From Porphyridium purpureum (lineage: Eukaryota): a stretch of 64,000 bases of DNA. Below the pieces are notes generated by a model. The model was not told the origin of the DNA, made no database searches, and saw only the letters and a program-made list of their open reading frames with translations. Position numbers and translations under genes: made by a program. Positions 11,643 through 20,534 of this stretch are shown here, one piece after another (the first letter of the stretch is position 1; the number at the start of each line of letters is the position of its first letter). The DNA is taken from the NCBI GenBank assembly GCA_008690995.1, contig VRMN01000004.1, positions 930,001 to 994,000 of the forward strand, read 5' to 3'.

Positions 11643-12165
11643 GGTATGTTTCCTGGGAGCCGTCACTTCTTGCGCCAAGCCACTGTGTGTCTCCGCGGTC
11701 CTACCGCGTGTTTCTCTCTCCACCCTTCCCCACCCTCCACCGCGACCTTTCCACCGTCTTTTTAAACCCCGCACGCCGCAGTTCTTAACGCATCGGAGCA
11801 CTGCTTCCGATGTAAGCGCGACTTTGAGGGCGAGCAGCGTTTCTCGATCAATACAAAGAGCGGAGGATTCGGATGAGTTGGAGTGAGGACGTTACAATTG
11901 CACAATGTCCGGCATCTCCAGCTTTGGCTTGCAACCGTTACCGTTCGGCTTGGAGCTTTTCAGGAGGTGGCGCGTGAGAGAAAACGTTCGTCTGCGGAAA
12001 CGGATCGGGGTTATGCGCCAGAGACTTCCCCGCATCACCCGTTGACACGTTTGCTTCGGCTTGAGAAGGAGCAACGTCGGCGGTTTTCGATCGCTCACGC
12101 TCTTTCACGTATTATGCCTCGTGTAATTGTGATTTAGCGATACAGCAAGGCTCAGCGACGCCTGC

Positions 12166-13851
12166 TCAACGAGCTTCTGGTTGACCGCTCTGTTCTTCCT
12201 CATCAGTATACTCGTCGTCGTCGCTATCGTCGCTCTGGACTTGATTTCTGAGCAGAGACGTGCCTTGAAGCGGTGTCGCAGCTCCCTGTGAGCCGGCCGA
12301 GCGAGCCATGAGCGCTTGGTACAGAGGCGCGCTTCTCGCCACTGGCGAGACCCCGATAGGCACGCTCGCCTTGCCGACATTCGCATGTGGGCTCATTCGG
12401 ATGGATCCGTACGGCCGTCGCTGCTGAGAGGATGACGCTGACTCGTCTAAAAGCACGCTTTTTTCGGGTGAGCCGTACTCGATGTCCCGCGGATCTGCAT
12501 AATGCTGCGATGGTTTCATACCAAGTCGCGTATACAACTGGCCGCGAATGCCTTCCGAGCTCCTGCGCATGTTGACCGGTCGGCGCTGCACCTGGTTGAC
12601 GATCGGCTCTGATACACCGGGCATGATCAAATACGTTGACGTGACAACATATGGTGCGTCCGGGTCCTCACTTTCAGGAGCGCGCTGATATCTGTAGATG
12701 ACCAGCCCCATTAAAATCACCACAAGACCGGAGATGTCGTGGAAATCAAATGGCTGAGCGTCGTTTCCCATGACGAACGGCATGTAGAAGGCCATGTTGC
12801 CAAGCGGTAGGCGGAGCGTCATCAGAATGATAAGCAAGGATGCGCTGCCTTCCTTGAGCATTAACAGTGTCATCAAGTTAAACGCAATGTTGATTACTGC
12901 ATACACAGTGAGTGTCTTCCATGCACCTTCGCATGTGTCGCACGGCATCTCGCCAGGAAATGGAGTAGCGTAATAACAGTGGCTCACAACGGAATTCACA
13001 CCAAGCGCGCACTTGAAACCGTCCCTGATTGCGCTAGGCAGTTCGTTCAAGGGCAGCGCCGAGGATCCCAAGAAAGAAAGACTGTTGAACGGCAAGAATA
13101 AAAGCGAAATGATGGTTTGAAACCATCCGACCCACAGCATTGTGTACCAAGGATCAATCTTGGCCCAGTCTTTGAATGCGTGCTCCTTGTACACGTTGCT
13201 GAGTGAGTTGGGGATGCACGAAAGAAAGAAAATGATGTTGAACAGCACCAAGTCTGAACCCATTTCCACGCCGGAATCCGGCGGACCAAACAATTTTGGC
13301 GAAAGCACCACAAACACGCCGGACAGAATGACGAGAGCTCCGCAATATTGCATCCATTCGTACCGCGTGTGCAGAAACGAGAAGGAGAGCGCCATGGTCA
13401 CGGGAATGCTGCCTTGTCCGAGCAGCATTTGGGTTGTACCCTTTGTGTGAACGCCGCCAAACAAAGTGAAAAGGCCTCCAGCGCCATCCAGAAGCGCAAT
13501 GACCGCGAACTTTCTCTTCGGGAACTCGTAATTGGACGGGTCAAAGTTGTTGGTCCATTTGAGAACGTAGACGACCACCATACACACTGGAATGTACATG
13601 ACGGTGGCCACCTCCATGAGAAAGAACGGGTAATTGGGCATCTTGTTTGTCATTTTCTTGAAGCAAATGCTGTTTAAAATGGACGTGATCAGCAGCACGA
13701 TCGCAATCACCGGCAGCAGCCACTTCTTCTTCGCAGACTCGCTGAACAGCGTCTCCATTAGCACATTCCATCTCTGCCGCCACGCAATCATGGTCCCACG
13801 ATCTGTCGTGGCCGCTGAACCTGGCCCTCCCCACGTGTCCCGATAACTCAT
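12166..13851 (-). CDS. Chloroquine-resistance-transporter-like (CRT) protein
   Basis: About 10 TM segments; LNSICFKKMTNKMPNYPFF, QGSIPVTM, SNVYKE, Cys loop ending CDTCEGAW. Alternative start at 13977. Confidence 0.85.
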   Translation of the reverse strand: MSYRDTWGGPGSAATTDRGTMIAWRQRWNVLMETLFSESAKKKWLLPVIAIVLLITSILNSICFKKMTNKMPNYPFFLMEVATVMYIPVCMVVVYVLKWTNNFDPSNYEFPKRKFAVIALLDGAGGLFTLFGGVHTKGTTQMLLGQGSIPVTMALSFSFLHTRYEWMQYCGALVILSGVFVVLSPKLFGPPDSGVEMGSDLVLFNIIFFLSCIPNSLSNVYKEHAFKDWAKIDPWYTMLWVGWFQTIISLLFLPFNSLSFLGSSALPLNELPSAIRDGFKCALGVNSVVSHCYYATPFPGEMPCDTCEGAWKTLTVYAVINIAFNLMTLLMLKEGSASLLIILMTLRLPLGNMAFYMPFVMGNDAQPFDFHDISGLVVILMGLVIYRYQRAPESEDPDAPYVVTSTYLIMPGVSEPIVNQVQRRPVNMRRSSEGIRGQLYTRLGMKPSQHYADPRDIEYGSPEKSVLLDESASSSQQRRPYGSIRMSPHANVGKASVPIGVSPVARSAPLYQALMARSAGSQGAATPLQGTSLLRNQVQSDDSDDDEYTDEEEQSGQPEAR

Positions 13852-14113
13852 CGCGTCCGTCCGATCCAATCTGCCGGTCGCATATCTCAACCTGCCCGCA
13901 CACGCAACCACCGACCCGCACGCGCTCGGACGCCGAGCACCAACCAAAAACCCGGCGATTATCATTTTGAACCCCATTTTGGTATAGAACTTCTCGCAAC
14001 AGCGGCGATGGCCGACAGACCCGGCGGGACGGACCCGGCTGGTCGACCCGGTGGTCGGTTTGTCGTTGTTGTGTGCGTGCGTGTGTGATGGCGGCATCCA
14101 AGGCGGGAACACG

Positions 14114-16753
14114 ATGGTGTCCTCAGCGAAGAAGCAAGCGCAGAAGCAGAGACAAGGCGGGCGCGGCCAGGTTGCCGACTTTGCCAAGAAGAAGAGAAAG
14201 AAGTTGGGCCGCGCGGACGCGCAGCTGGCGGCGAATGCGACGCGCACCGATCTGCGTGTTCGACGTGTGTACCTGCCTGAGCAGAGCGTGAAAGAGAAGG
14301 AAAAAGGTCACGTCGTGCCTTTGGAACGCCGCCACGGCGATGTCCCGGACGGAGAGGATAGTCACCTTGAATATGTGTCCAAGTTGGACGCCGAACTGCA
14401 GGATGCGTTGAGTCGCGTGTCACACTATGCGCCGGACACGCGACGCGACGCGCTCGTCCGGATCCGAAGAGTGTTCCGCGCTCTGGACGTCGAGCTTTCG
14501 AATACTCAGAACCATCGCGGCGCGTTGGCGAGGCTTACCCCAGTTTTCGACGTCGCGCTGCAGTGCCTGCTGGACAATGTAGCACACGTGCGCACCGCGT
14601 CACTCGAGCTCCTGTTTTACCTTCTGAGCCGGGCCGAGTTGCGCGCCGCTTCTCGTGCAAACGTCAATATGTTCACGGCGAGGATCAGCGCAGCGCTGGC
14701 TCATATTTCTCCAGAGGTACGCTGGTCTGCGTGCGAGGTTTTGGCAGTCAAAGAAGGCGCACAATTGTGCATTCAAGCCGCAGGCTATGTCTCGTTGCTC
14801 GCTTCCATGAAAGAGCTCCTGTCTGCGCAAGGAATATCCATCAGTCGCCGGACTTCAGTGCTGCGTGCGCTGCATTGCGTCATAGAGTGCCAGTACGAAC
14901 TTCAGGCGGGGGCTCCCGCATCAGTTGACCTGCCACCATCGGAGGCAGGCAAATGCCAGGATGAGCCTTATATGTACCGCGAAACGCCATGGCTTGATAT
15001 GCTTGCTCTTGGTTCAGCGACCAATAGACATGAGCAACACAGCTTCACAGAATTTAGCGTTGAGCTCGTGGATGCGCTAGCAGCAACGTGGAACGAGTGC
15101 GCTTACACTAGGGAGCTCTTGTATCGAGGAGGCGAGTTTCATTCCGACGCCAAGCAAACCGCCACATTGGAGGTTCTCCACTTGATTGCCGTGATGGTGC
15201 ATAACCTCGTGCGGATAAGTGTTCTGGCAGATCATGGAGGCTCTGCTCTCTCACACTTGCGATCACGTTTGCTAACACTTTTCGTGAACCCCAGGCATGG
15301 CCTTGCACTTGCGATATCGCAGTCTTTCCGTAAGAGCCAAGCGTTGTTTGGACTGAATGCTCCAAATCTACGACTATGGCTCCAGACGGTGGATACAATT
15401 ACGTCGAGTAGCATCTTGCTTGCCAACCGAATATCGTCTGACGACGTGCGACAAGACGCTGCCGCTGCCCGTGCGCTTGTGCAAAGCTGTTTCTTGTTTT
15501 TGACAGATCAGATAGCTGACGATGCATCGGTTCTGTCCAATTCTTTTCATACACTCAGCTCGCTGCTCGTGGGATTCGTAGAGCATGCTGAGCGTTCTTC
15601 TGGTTTGGTATCTGAGCCGTCACTTTCTGTGTACGGAGGCTGGGCAGATCTGCTTGACGTAGACTCAGCGCTGGCACATTGGCTCACATCCTGGGCACAG
15701 TCCGATGCGATAGCCGATGATATTGGCGTATTATTTAACCCCACCGAATTGCAGCTGGTGGAATATGCCATTGCACTCCACGGGCGGAGTACGACACTCC
15801 GCCTTTCCATGCAAGTGATTGAAAAGGTGGTGCTCTCTATTCCGCGAAAGATGTATGAGCTAGCCCGAGCAGGTGCACGAGACTCTGACATTTCCGTGCA
15901 CATCAAGCTCGCGCGGATTCTCAAGAATGCGGTTGTACGCCTTTTTGAGACAGCTCTAAGGACGCAATCTTATCCAGTGCTTCTGAACAAGCTCGCGCTT
16001 CGATTGAAGCCTTTCTTGACGGATCCAAGTGTCTCGACTCGGCAGCGCAATACTCTAGGGGCACCCGATCATGCGGCGACATCGTGCAAAGCGCTAGCTC
16101 GTCTAGATGCCTTGTCTGTGGCCCATTTGTTGAGCACCATTCACTACACTGTTCCATTCGCCTCACAGAAGGCGCAAGACTTGTTTTCTGACTTTCCAGC
16201 CATCATGAGCTCGGCACCTGAATCCATTGCGCGCATCATGTGCCGTACAGTCTCTGAATCAGTCTCACGATTTGCACTGAATCGTAACTATGAGAAGATC
16301 TGCTCTGAGGAACATCGAGTCTGGATGCTCGGTCTTTCGTTCAGTTGCGCAATCAAGATGGTTCAAAGTTCGCCACACGACTCTGTCTGTGTTGCCGCAT
16401 GGTCAGCGCTGGTCGAGATGCGTCAGTTCGTCGGGTTCTCTACCACATGGTCAATTTTACAGTCACACATTCAGCATGCAGACACTGCAGACTCGCTGAT
16501 GCGCTCGCTGATCTTGCTTTCGGCTGTTTTTGAAGAACGCCCGTCCCCCTTTTCTGCCAAGGCTGACGAGACGGAGACTGCTCAGTTGCACAGCTCTGCT
16601 GTGCAGGAATGCATGTCGCGCTTGTGCTCCAACGTCGCTCTTCTTGAGGAGGTCCGCGCACAGGATCGCTATACGAGCAGCTGCTCAGATCGCCAGCTGC
16701 TCGTACGAAAGCGACACGAAGTCTTGCAGTTGCTGTCCGTTCAAGCGAAATAA
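14114..16753 (+). CDS. TEX10: TEX10/Ipi1 (Rix1 complex) HEAT-repeat protein
   Basis: DFAKKKRKKLGR...NATRTDLRVRRVYLPEQS and SHYAPDTRRDAL match the Ipi1 N-terminal pattern. Confidence 0.85.
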   Translation: MVSSAKKQAQKQRQGGRGQVADFAKKKRKKLGRADAQLAANATRTDLRVRRVYLPEQSVKEKEKGHVVPLERRHGDVPDGEDSHLEYVSKLDAELQDALSRVSHYAPDTRRDALVRIRRVFRALDVELSNTQNHRGALARLTPVFDVALQCLLDNVAHVRTASLELLFYLLSRAELRAASRANVNMFTARISAALAHISPEVRWSACEVLAVKEGAQLCIQAAGYVSLLASMKELLSAQGISISRRTSVLRALHCVIECQYELQAGAPASVDLPPSEAGKCQDEPYMYRETPWLDMLALGSATNRHEQHSFTEFSVELVDALAATWNECAYTRELLYRGGEFHSDAKQTATLEVLHLIAVMVHNLVRISVLADHGGSALSHLRSRLLTLFVNPRHGLALAISQSFRKSQALFGLNAPNLRLWLQTVDTITSSSILLANRISSDDVRQDAAAARALVQSCFLFLTDQIADDASVLSNSFHTLSSLLVGFVEHAERSSGLVSEPSLSVYGGWADLLDVDSALAHWLTSWAQSDAIADDIGVLFNPTELQLVEYAIALHGRSTTLRLSMQVIEKVVLSIPRKMYELARAGARDSDISVHIKLARILKNAVVRLFETALRTQSYPVLLNKLALRLKPFLTDPSVSTRQRNTLGAPDHAATSCKALARLDALSVAHLLSTIHYTVPFASQKAQDLFSDFPAIMSSAPESIARIMCRTVSESVSRFALNRNYEKICSEEHRVWMLGLSFSCAIKMVQSSPHDSVCVAAWSALVEMRQFVGFSTTWSILQSHIQHADTADSLMRSLILLSAVFEERPSPFSAKADETETAQLHSSAVQECMSRLCSNVALLEEVRAQDRYTSSCSDRQLLVRKRHEVLQLLSVQAK

Positions 16754-16779
16754 AAGGGGTGCCTTGCTCACAGTCCCTG

Positions 16780-18045
16780 ATGGGCTTTGTGCTTACAAGC
16801 GTGCGGTCTCCGTGCTCTACAGTGCAGGGAACCGATGCGGGTGCGCTACGGCGTCACGCGGAGCGTGCTTTCCCGTGCGTTGCGCGTCGGCTGCGCCATG
16901 TAAGTCTCGCGCTGCCGAATCTCGGAGAGTCTACTGAGCGTGGAAAGGACGCGGAAGACGCGGCAGACCCGGCCGAGAAAGTGAAATGCTCAGGCCTGGA
17001 GACAGAGCTTTGGACTTCTTTACGCGTGGTTCAACAAGCCAGTGAGTTGTGCGTGCGCGCGCGCGATGCATGGGATCGGACTGCTTCCGAAGACTTTTCG
17101 GTGCAGACGAAAGCGGACCGCACGCCTGTGACCGCATTGGATCTGGCCGTACAGTACATCATTGCTCACACGCTGACGAGTGCGTTTCCACGGTACGGCT
17201 TTGTGGCCGAAGAGACAGGACTACCTGAGCGCCCTTTGCTTGACGATGCCGTGCGTTTGGCAAACAGCGTAGACAAGCACATTACCGAGCAAGTTGTGCG
17301 AGAGCTCACAGCAAAGTACTTTATCACGCATCATTCCGTCGACGGAGCACCAGATCGCTTCTTTGTGCTTGACCCCATCGACGGAACGAAAGGTTGGATC
17401 AGCCGTAAACACTATTGCGTGGGTTTGGCGTTGATCGACCACAGTGCTGGAGGTGAGCTCTTGCTATCGGTGCTGTCGAATCCGACCTTTAAGGACCCGT
17501 CACGCCGCGTTTTGGCAGCAATCCGCGGGATCGGGTGCTTCAGTTGCAGTCTGGATTGGCACAACTCAAGTAGTGATCGGCAAGTGTTGCAGCAGCTTCG
17601 CGCGCGTGCGGATGAAAGAACCAGACCCGTTTCGTGGACAATATCTCATACGCTCAAGGATAATTCCAGGACCCCTATGCTTTTCGGGTTTGGATTGCCT
17701 CCAGTTTTCCTTTGCTGTGGCTCGTTGGTCAAGTACTTTTACTGTAGCCTCGCCCTGGTTGACGTATTTGTGCAGCTTCCAGGCACTGAATCAGACGCGG
17801 TGAGCTTACGCAGTTGGGATCACGCGGCTGGCGTCCTCTGCGTGCTCGAAAGTGGCGGACAAGTAACTGACTTGATCGGTGGGCAGCTTCGCATGCCATT
17901 CGGTCCCAGTTTCTCAATCCACTCGTTGATCCTGGCGACGTCGCGAAACTCCAGACCATATCACCGAGATCTTCTCGTGCGATGCGCTCCGAGAGACGAG
18001 GTTTCGTGGAGAATCATGCTTGAGAAATCTTCCGAAGAACCTTAA
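16780..18045 (+). CDS. 3'(2'),5'-bisphosphate nucleotidase (SAL1/HAL2-type), transit-peptide-like leader
   Basis: KADRTPVTALD, FVAEE, FVLDPIDGTKG, WDHAAG; MGFV start. Confidence 0.88.
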   Translation: MGFVLTSVRSPCSTVQGTDAGALRRHAERAFPCVARRLRHVSLALPNLGESTERGKDAEDAADPAEKVKCSGLETELWTSLRVVQQASELCVRARDAWDRTASEDFSVQTKADRTPVTALDLAVQYIIAHTLTSAFPRYGFVAEETGLPERPLLDDAVRLANSVDKHITEQVVRELTAKYFITHHSVDGAPDRFFVLDPIDGTKGWISRKHYCVGLALIDHSAGGELLLSVLSNPTFKDPSRRVLAAIRGIGCFSCSLDWHNSSSDRQVLQQLRARADERTRPVSWTISHTLKDNSRTPMLFGFGLPPVFLCCGSLVKYFYCSLALVDVFVQLPGTESDAVSLRSWDHAAGVLCVLESGGQVTDLIGGQLRMPFGPSFSIHSLILATSRNSRPYHRDLLVRCAPRDEVSWRIMLEKSSEEP

Positions 18046-18051
18046 GACTCG

Positions 18052-19542
18052 CTACGTGCTGGAGGGACTCTTCTTTGCGCGAAAAGTAAACTGCATCTTG
18101 GACGGCACCATATTGATCGCCGGGTACTCGGGAGACTCGTATGCAGCTTCCCAGTCGTAGTTCAGCACGAGATGTAGCAGTAGAAGCTTGACCTCGACAA
18201 TTGCCAGTCGGTAGCCGGCACACATGCGTGAGCCACGGCCAAACGGGATGAATGCATAGTCGTTTTCAGCATCGCCATGCGAAGCATTTCCAACGAACCG
18301 CTCCGGCTCGAATGCTTCCGGGTTGCGCCAAATTTTTGGGTTGTGGTGGATTAACCAAGGGACAATGTACACAATCTGCCCTTTCTGCACGAATGCACCG
18401 TCGCTGAGCTCGTCTTCCATCTGTGCTTCGCGCTGCAGCACCGGGAAAGGAGGATAGATACGGAGCGTTTCTCGCACAACAGCATCGAGAAATGTGAGAC
18501 TATCAAGCTCACTAAGATCTACGCATGCACTGCTGGTGTTCACTTTTCGGACCTCGGCCAATATCTTATTTCGGACCGACTCGTGTGTCGCAACAAGATA
18601 TACCGACCAAATGGCTGTCAGAGGCACGGTCTGTGTCGACGCCATCAACAGCCCGACCACTTTCCCCAGCTTCCCGATCTTGCCCACTTTACCCAGCCAC
18701 GCATGGACCCATGACGGCGCAGTTTCAGCGAGTTCAGAATCTTTCCTCTCGGCAGCCACAATATCATCCAGGTGCTTGCATAGTCGACGGCCAATACCGA
18801 TCAGACCCGACACGTGCGCCAAAAAGCGAACATTTGCAGCCCAGTGATACCAGGCTCGAAATGGGTTCGCCATGCGCTTTGCAAACTCCAGCCCGGCGTG
18901 CGCGATCCAGTACGACACCTTGCCGGCGAGCTGTGCGTCATCAAACTTGTACAGTAAACGCAAATTCAGGTGCACCAGGCCCTGCTGAATCTGCTGGAAC
19001 GCATGCTGCTGGTCATGATCGGAGCGTGCGGCCAGTTCGTGTGCAAGCGCCTCAATTTCGACATTCAACCAGCCAAACTGTTCAACAATTAGCGCTTCGA
19101 GCGCAGTGCGCGAAAAGTCTCCTGCAGCAAGCTCAGCAGACTCCAGCTCGACAGCCTTTCGCTCGCGCTCTACTGCGCTTTTGATCGCCTTGGACCGATA
19201 GCCAAAGTATTTCGGCTTGGAATACACGCCGCCGGCGCCTGTCAGCACGCGACGCACGCTTTTCAAGTCGTTCAGCACGATGAAAGGGGTGGATCCAACC
19301 CACACGAGGAACACGCTTTCATGAACGTGTCGATATAGTGTGCCGAAGAAACTGGATGCCAGACTCGGCGTGTTCCCCACGAGCGGCCATGGCGTCTCGT
19401 CATCAACAGCCTTTCCCCCAGTCTGAATCGCATTCTTCAGTTTCCGCCGCGTCCAGTACATGTGCAGCACGGTTGCTGCTGCCACACCACAAACTGCCGC
19501 CGAGGCAGCCACGGCCACGGCGGTTCGCGGCGTCACTGTCAT
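18052..19542 (-). CDS. Cytochrome P450
   Basis: N-terminal TM anchor, PWPLVGN, ETLR, PERF, heme motif FGRGSRMCAG. Confidence 0.93.
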   Translation of the reverse strand: MTVTPRTAVAVAASAAVCGVAAATVLHMYWTRRKLKNAIQTGGKAVDDETPWPLVGNTPSLASSFFGTLYRHVHESVFLVWVGSTPFIVLNDLKSVRRVLTGAGGVYSKPKYFGYRSKAIKSAVERERKAVELESAELAAGDFSRTALEALIVEQFGWLNVEIEALAHELAARSDHDQQHAFQQIQQGLVHLNLRLLYKFDDAQLAGKVSYWIAHAGLEFAKRMANPFRAWYHWAANVRFLAHVSGLIGIGRRLCKHLDDIVAAERKDSELAETAPSWVHAWLGKVGKIGKLGKVVGLLMASTQTVPLTAIWSVYLVATHESVRNKILAEVRKVNTSSACVDLSELDSLTFLDAVVRETLRIYPPFPVLQREAQMEDELSDGAFVQKGQIVYIVPWLIHHNPKIWRNPEAFEPERFVGNASHGDAENDYAFIPFGRGSRMCAGYRLAIVEVKLLLLHLVLNYDWEAAYESPEYPAINMVPSKMQFTFRAKKSPSST

Positions 19543-19550
19543 TTGCAACG

Positions 19551-20450
19551 ATGTATATTTCCCCGTATTTCTTGAGCCGCAAGCGGACTCCAAGCCGTGT
19601 CCGGGATCCGCGAGGCACCGCTTTGTGCGTGTCGCCAACGCCCTCCGAGCAACCCACGGGCGTCACTTTCTCGCCTGCAGGTTTGCTGACGCCATACCAC
19701 ATTGGCGTGGCGCAAGTTTTGAGAGAACGCGGTCGGATTTCTCCATCTGTTCCGCTCGGTGGAGCGAGCGGAGGCGCTCTTGTGGCCGTCGCGTTGGCTT
19801 TAGATCTTCCCTTTGATCAGATACTGGACGCCTGTATTTCGTTGAACGCGCAATGTACGGAGCATGGGACTCAATGGAACTTGCACGGAATTTTAGCCAA
19901 TGTTCTGGACGAACTGCTAGAGGACGACGTCGCGTTCCGCGTGAATGCGCGCGCAGATGAGCACGCAGCCCCTGTGGTGATTGGTATCACGCGACTGTTT
20001 CACAAAACCCATCTCGCGCCGCGCGGAGTGTTTGTGTCGACATTTCAAGACCGAGCGCATCTCATCGAGGCCTTACTTTGCTCGTGCGCGATTCCGCTCT
20101 ACTTCTCGCGCTGGCCCGCGCTCAGTTATCGAGGCTGGCCGGCACTCGATGGCTTCTTTGCCGGCTCGCGTGCTGACTTTGGCGCACCGGCGCTGAGCGA
20201 TGTGGGCGTGGACAGGAGAAATACTCTACGTGTATGTCCTTTCTCTGCGCCTTCAGTCGGAATGGATCTTGCGCCGGAGTCTGGGCCAGCTATCACACCG
20301 CATCTTCGGACCAACACTTCAACTACTGACTCGGAAAAGTTGCTGCGCTGGGCGCTCGGTCAGCCCCCGCCTTCAGAATCTCAGGTCGGCGATTTGTACG
20401 ACGCTGGTCGATCTGACGCAGGACGGTTCCTGAAAGTGCACACTTTCTGA
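19551..20450 (+). CDS. Patatin-like phospholipase
   Basis: FSPAGLLTPYHIGV, nucleophile GASGG, SCAIP, catalytic DGF. Confidence 0.85.
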   Translation: MYISPYFLSRKRTPSRVRDPRGTALCVSPTPSEQPTGVTFSPAGLLTPYHIGVAQVLRERGRISPSVPLGGASGGALVAVALALDLPFDQILDACISLNAQCTEHGTQWNLHGILANVLDELLEDDVAFRVNARADEHAAPVVIGITRLFHKTHLAPRGVFVSTFQDRAHLIEALLCSCAIPLYFSRWPALSYRGWPALDGFFAGSRADFGAPALSDVGVDRRNTLRVCPFSAPSVGMDLAPESGPAITPHLRTNTSTTDSEKLLRWALGQPPPSESQVGDLYDAGRSDAGRFLKVHTF

Positions 20451-20534
20451 CATCTTCGAGGCGCTGTGGCAAGGCTAGGCGCATCAGCGAGTCAGCACAA
20501 TGAAACAAACGAAAATTATTAAAGGCTGCGGTTA

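Noticed and set aside
16780..20450. Nucleotidase-P450-patatin as a biosynthetic gene cluster
   Set aside because: No scaffold synthase, and the neighbours are unrelated housekeeping genes.
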